Positions 47,701 through 50,700 of a DNA stretch of 64,000 nucleotides are shown here, piece after piece (the stretch's first letter is position 1; each line of letters begins with the position of its first letter). A program made the translations under genes and the position numbers. The stretch spans positions 512,001-576,000 of the forward strand of contig CAXXGI010000002.1 of NCBI GenBank assembly GCA_963674695.2. Reading direction: 5' to 3'. The stretch is from a bacterium (lineage in GTDB: Bacteria > UBA10199 > 2-02-FULL-44-16 > JAAZCA01). The notes beneath the pieces were generated by a model, which did no database searches, had not been told where the DNA came from, and was given only the letters and a program-made list of their open reading frames with translations.

Positions 47701-50700
47701 GCATCCGCTCAAAGTCGATGCCAAGGCGCAGGTGCGCGGGCGCAAGAGCGAGAGCCTCTATGACATCCTGACCGATCCGCTCGCGATCCTGACGGATTTT
47801 GCAGCGGAGCAGCCGAACGTGCGCCTCATCCTCAACCGGCGTGCGGTCTTTGAAGAGGTCGATTCGACCGCGGGGGCGAAGGGTCGGCGCATCAAGGCCT
47901 ATGCCTTCGTGCGCGATGCGCAGAATCGTCCGGCCGGTCCCGACCTGATGGACGTGAAGTTCCTCCTCGTCGATGGCGTGACGAACCTGGAGGTCGACGC
48001 TGCTGCTGTGAGCGGAATGCGCGGCCTCTACGGCGCGACGATAACGGCCCCACCGGGCGTCTTCGTCGCAGGCGAAGAGCATGAAGCCCAGGTGCAGGTG
48101 AAGGTGAACGGTGCTCCGATCTTAGCGAATGAGACCGATCCGTTGGCGGTTCCGATTGTGGTCCATCCCGATCCGGCGCGCGCGCAGCTGCTGGCGAACG
48201 TCGGCGACGTGCTCGTCGACCTGCCGCGGCGCGAGATCGTGGGCAGCGAGAGCTTTATCCTGCCGATCCTGGTCAACTCCGGAACGCAGGACCTGATGGG
48301 GATCGAGTTTACCCTCAGCTATGATCAGGCGCGTTTCGAGTTCCTCTCCGGCGGGCGTGGCGCCGGTGTCCCTGCAGGGGCATCGATCATCACGGATCCC
48401 GCAAATCCGGGGCAGGCAGACGGCAGCGTGCGGGTGAGCATCTTCGTTCCCGAGAGTGCCGGACGACGTGCCGGTGCAGCGCTTGAGGTCTTCCGGATGG
48501 CGTTTCGTCCGCGGGGCATCACCGGCCAGGGCGGCGATTTCCGTGCGAGCGTCACCGCGCTGCGCACGACCGGCGATTATCCGATCGGCCCCGACCGGGC
48601 GCGTGATGCGCAGGTCTTCTCGCGCGCAGGTCTCGGCGTTCAAGGGGATGTCGATGTGGTGGTGCGTGCGATCCAGGGGTTTGCGGCCTCTGCCGTGATG
48701 GATGATCTCAATGACTTCACCGCCATCGGCGGCCCTGCGGCGGCAACGCTGGTGCGCATGCCGATCGTATATAATGATGAGGCTGCGCCGATCGATGCAG
48801 CGGCAACCGCCAGCGCGGTGCTAACCCCACTGGGTTCCATGCAGACGATCGCCGCCGAGGGGCGCGTGCAGCTGCGTCCTGGGGCGATGCCGACGCCGAG
48901 CGATGGCGTGCGCGTCTCGTTCTCGGGTGCGGCCGGTTGCGCCGGCGGCACGAATGCTTGCAGCGCCATCACGATTCCGTTCACGGTTGCAAAACTCGCG
49001 ACCGATGCTCCGGAGACCTTCTTCGTCGAGCCGCGGGCACAGACCGTGACGCTCTCCGCCATCAGCGGGACGACGGCCTTCCGTCCGCTTTCCCTCCGGG
49101 CCGTCTGGAACCGCCCGATGGGCGACGCGGATTCGGTGCCGTTCGATGTGACGCACATGCTCACCTGCTCGAGCGATTCGGGCCAGATGATCCCCCCGAT
49201 CGCCTCGATGCCCTGTTACTTCACGGCGCAGTCGACGGGAAACTTCGAGGTGACGATTCGCGGCGGCGATTTCGCCAAGACGTTCAACGTCGAGGTCATT
49301 GCATCGGCCGATCCGGTCAGCGAGATCTTCGTCGCCGTCCCCGGCATCTTCAACCCACAGCCTGAAGGGTTGGTGGGTGCAGTGAATGAACAGGGCGTGG
49401 CGCCGGCCGAGGCCCTGCTCACCAACCGCCTCAAGAAGATCGGTTCGCGCGCACCGGTTGCGGTCTGGGCGCACATCAAGGAGGAGTGGAGCTTGGTGAC
49501 GCCGCTCGTCGCGGCGGATAGTCTGACGGTCACGCAGGGCGACGGTTCGGTCCTCACCCTCGATCCGCAAACCGGCGAGGTGATCGTCCAGGGTCCGGGG
49601 CAGGCGATCGTCACGGCGAGCTTTGGCGAGATGGCTGATGGCAGCCCCGCCCGAGGAACCGGAACGGTCGATGTCCTCTTCGACGGCGTGGGCGAGGTGA
49701 GCGTCGGCGTGCCGACGATGCTGGCGCGCTCGCAAGGTGATCTGGCACAACGCGTCCTTGGTCTCCCGACCTCAAACACGATGCAGGTCGATGTGAACTG
49801 GGGGGCGAACGGGAGCCTACGCAATGTCCAGGGGCAGGAATGGGTGACGTTTGAAAACCTCGACGGCGCATCCGAGCAGGTGATCACGGTCAATGTCGAC
49901 GGGAAATACAGCGTGCGCGAGGATTTTCCGACGGGGCTCAATCTTCAGGATCCGAACGACTGGTGCGATGACATCCAGGTCACGCTCACCGGTCGCGGCG
50001 AGATGGACGGGGCTGCGGGTGAGAACGCCCAGGTCATCACCGACGGAAACGGCGACAACATCGGCGTGACGATCACCGAGCGCGTCTGCGTGGTGACCCT
50101 CGAGTCGCTCGGTGTCGCTACGAACGAGGACTTCGCCGCACGAAGCGACGATCCGCAGGCGTATCAGGGAACAGTTGCCGACAGTCTCTTCACGCCGATC
50201 TTCACGGCGAGCGATGGATCGATCTTCTATCAGCGCGCTCGTGTGGTCGTGACGGCGAACTGGACGGGTGGGCAGGATGCCGTGCGGCTCACGCCCACAA
50301 ATGCGGTCGTCAATGCGGTGCTCGGCGTGGATTCCGGTTTGGGATCGGTCGATGTCGGCGACGCCATCTATCGATTTGTGCCGAGTGGGACGACGGGGAT
50401 CGGAAACGTCCGAGCCAATGTACCCAAACAGGTTGCGCCCGACTTTGACGACCTCATCTATATCGATGCGATCTTCGGCGAACACCCGATCGAGGTGAAG
50501 GCCGATCCTGCGGGCGATGGAACGATGGCGCAGGTCGAGATCCTCGGCTGGCGCGTCGAGCGCACGCAGGGCTATACGCCCGCGCGGACGTCAGCGGGGG
50601 TGGATAGCAGCAACGTGCCGATCGCGTTTGCCGGGACGATCGGTGCCGGCGGTGCGGTGGCAAAGGATGCCGTTCGCCTGCGCCTGGTCGGAACGATGGC

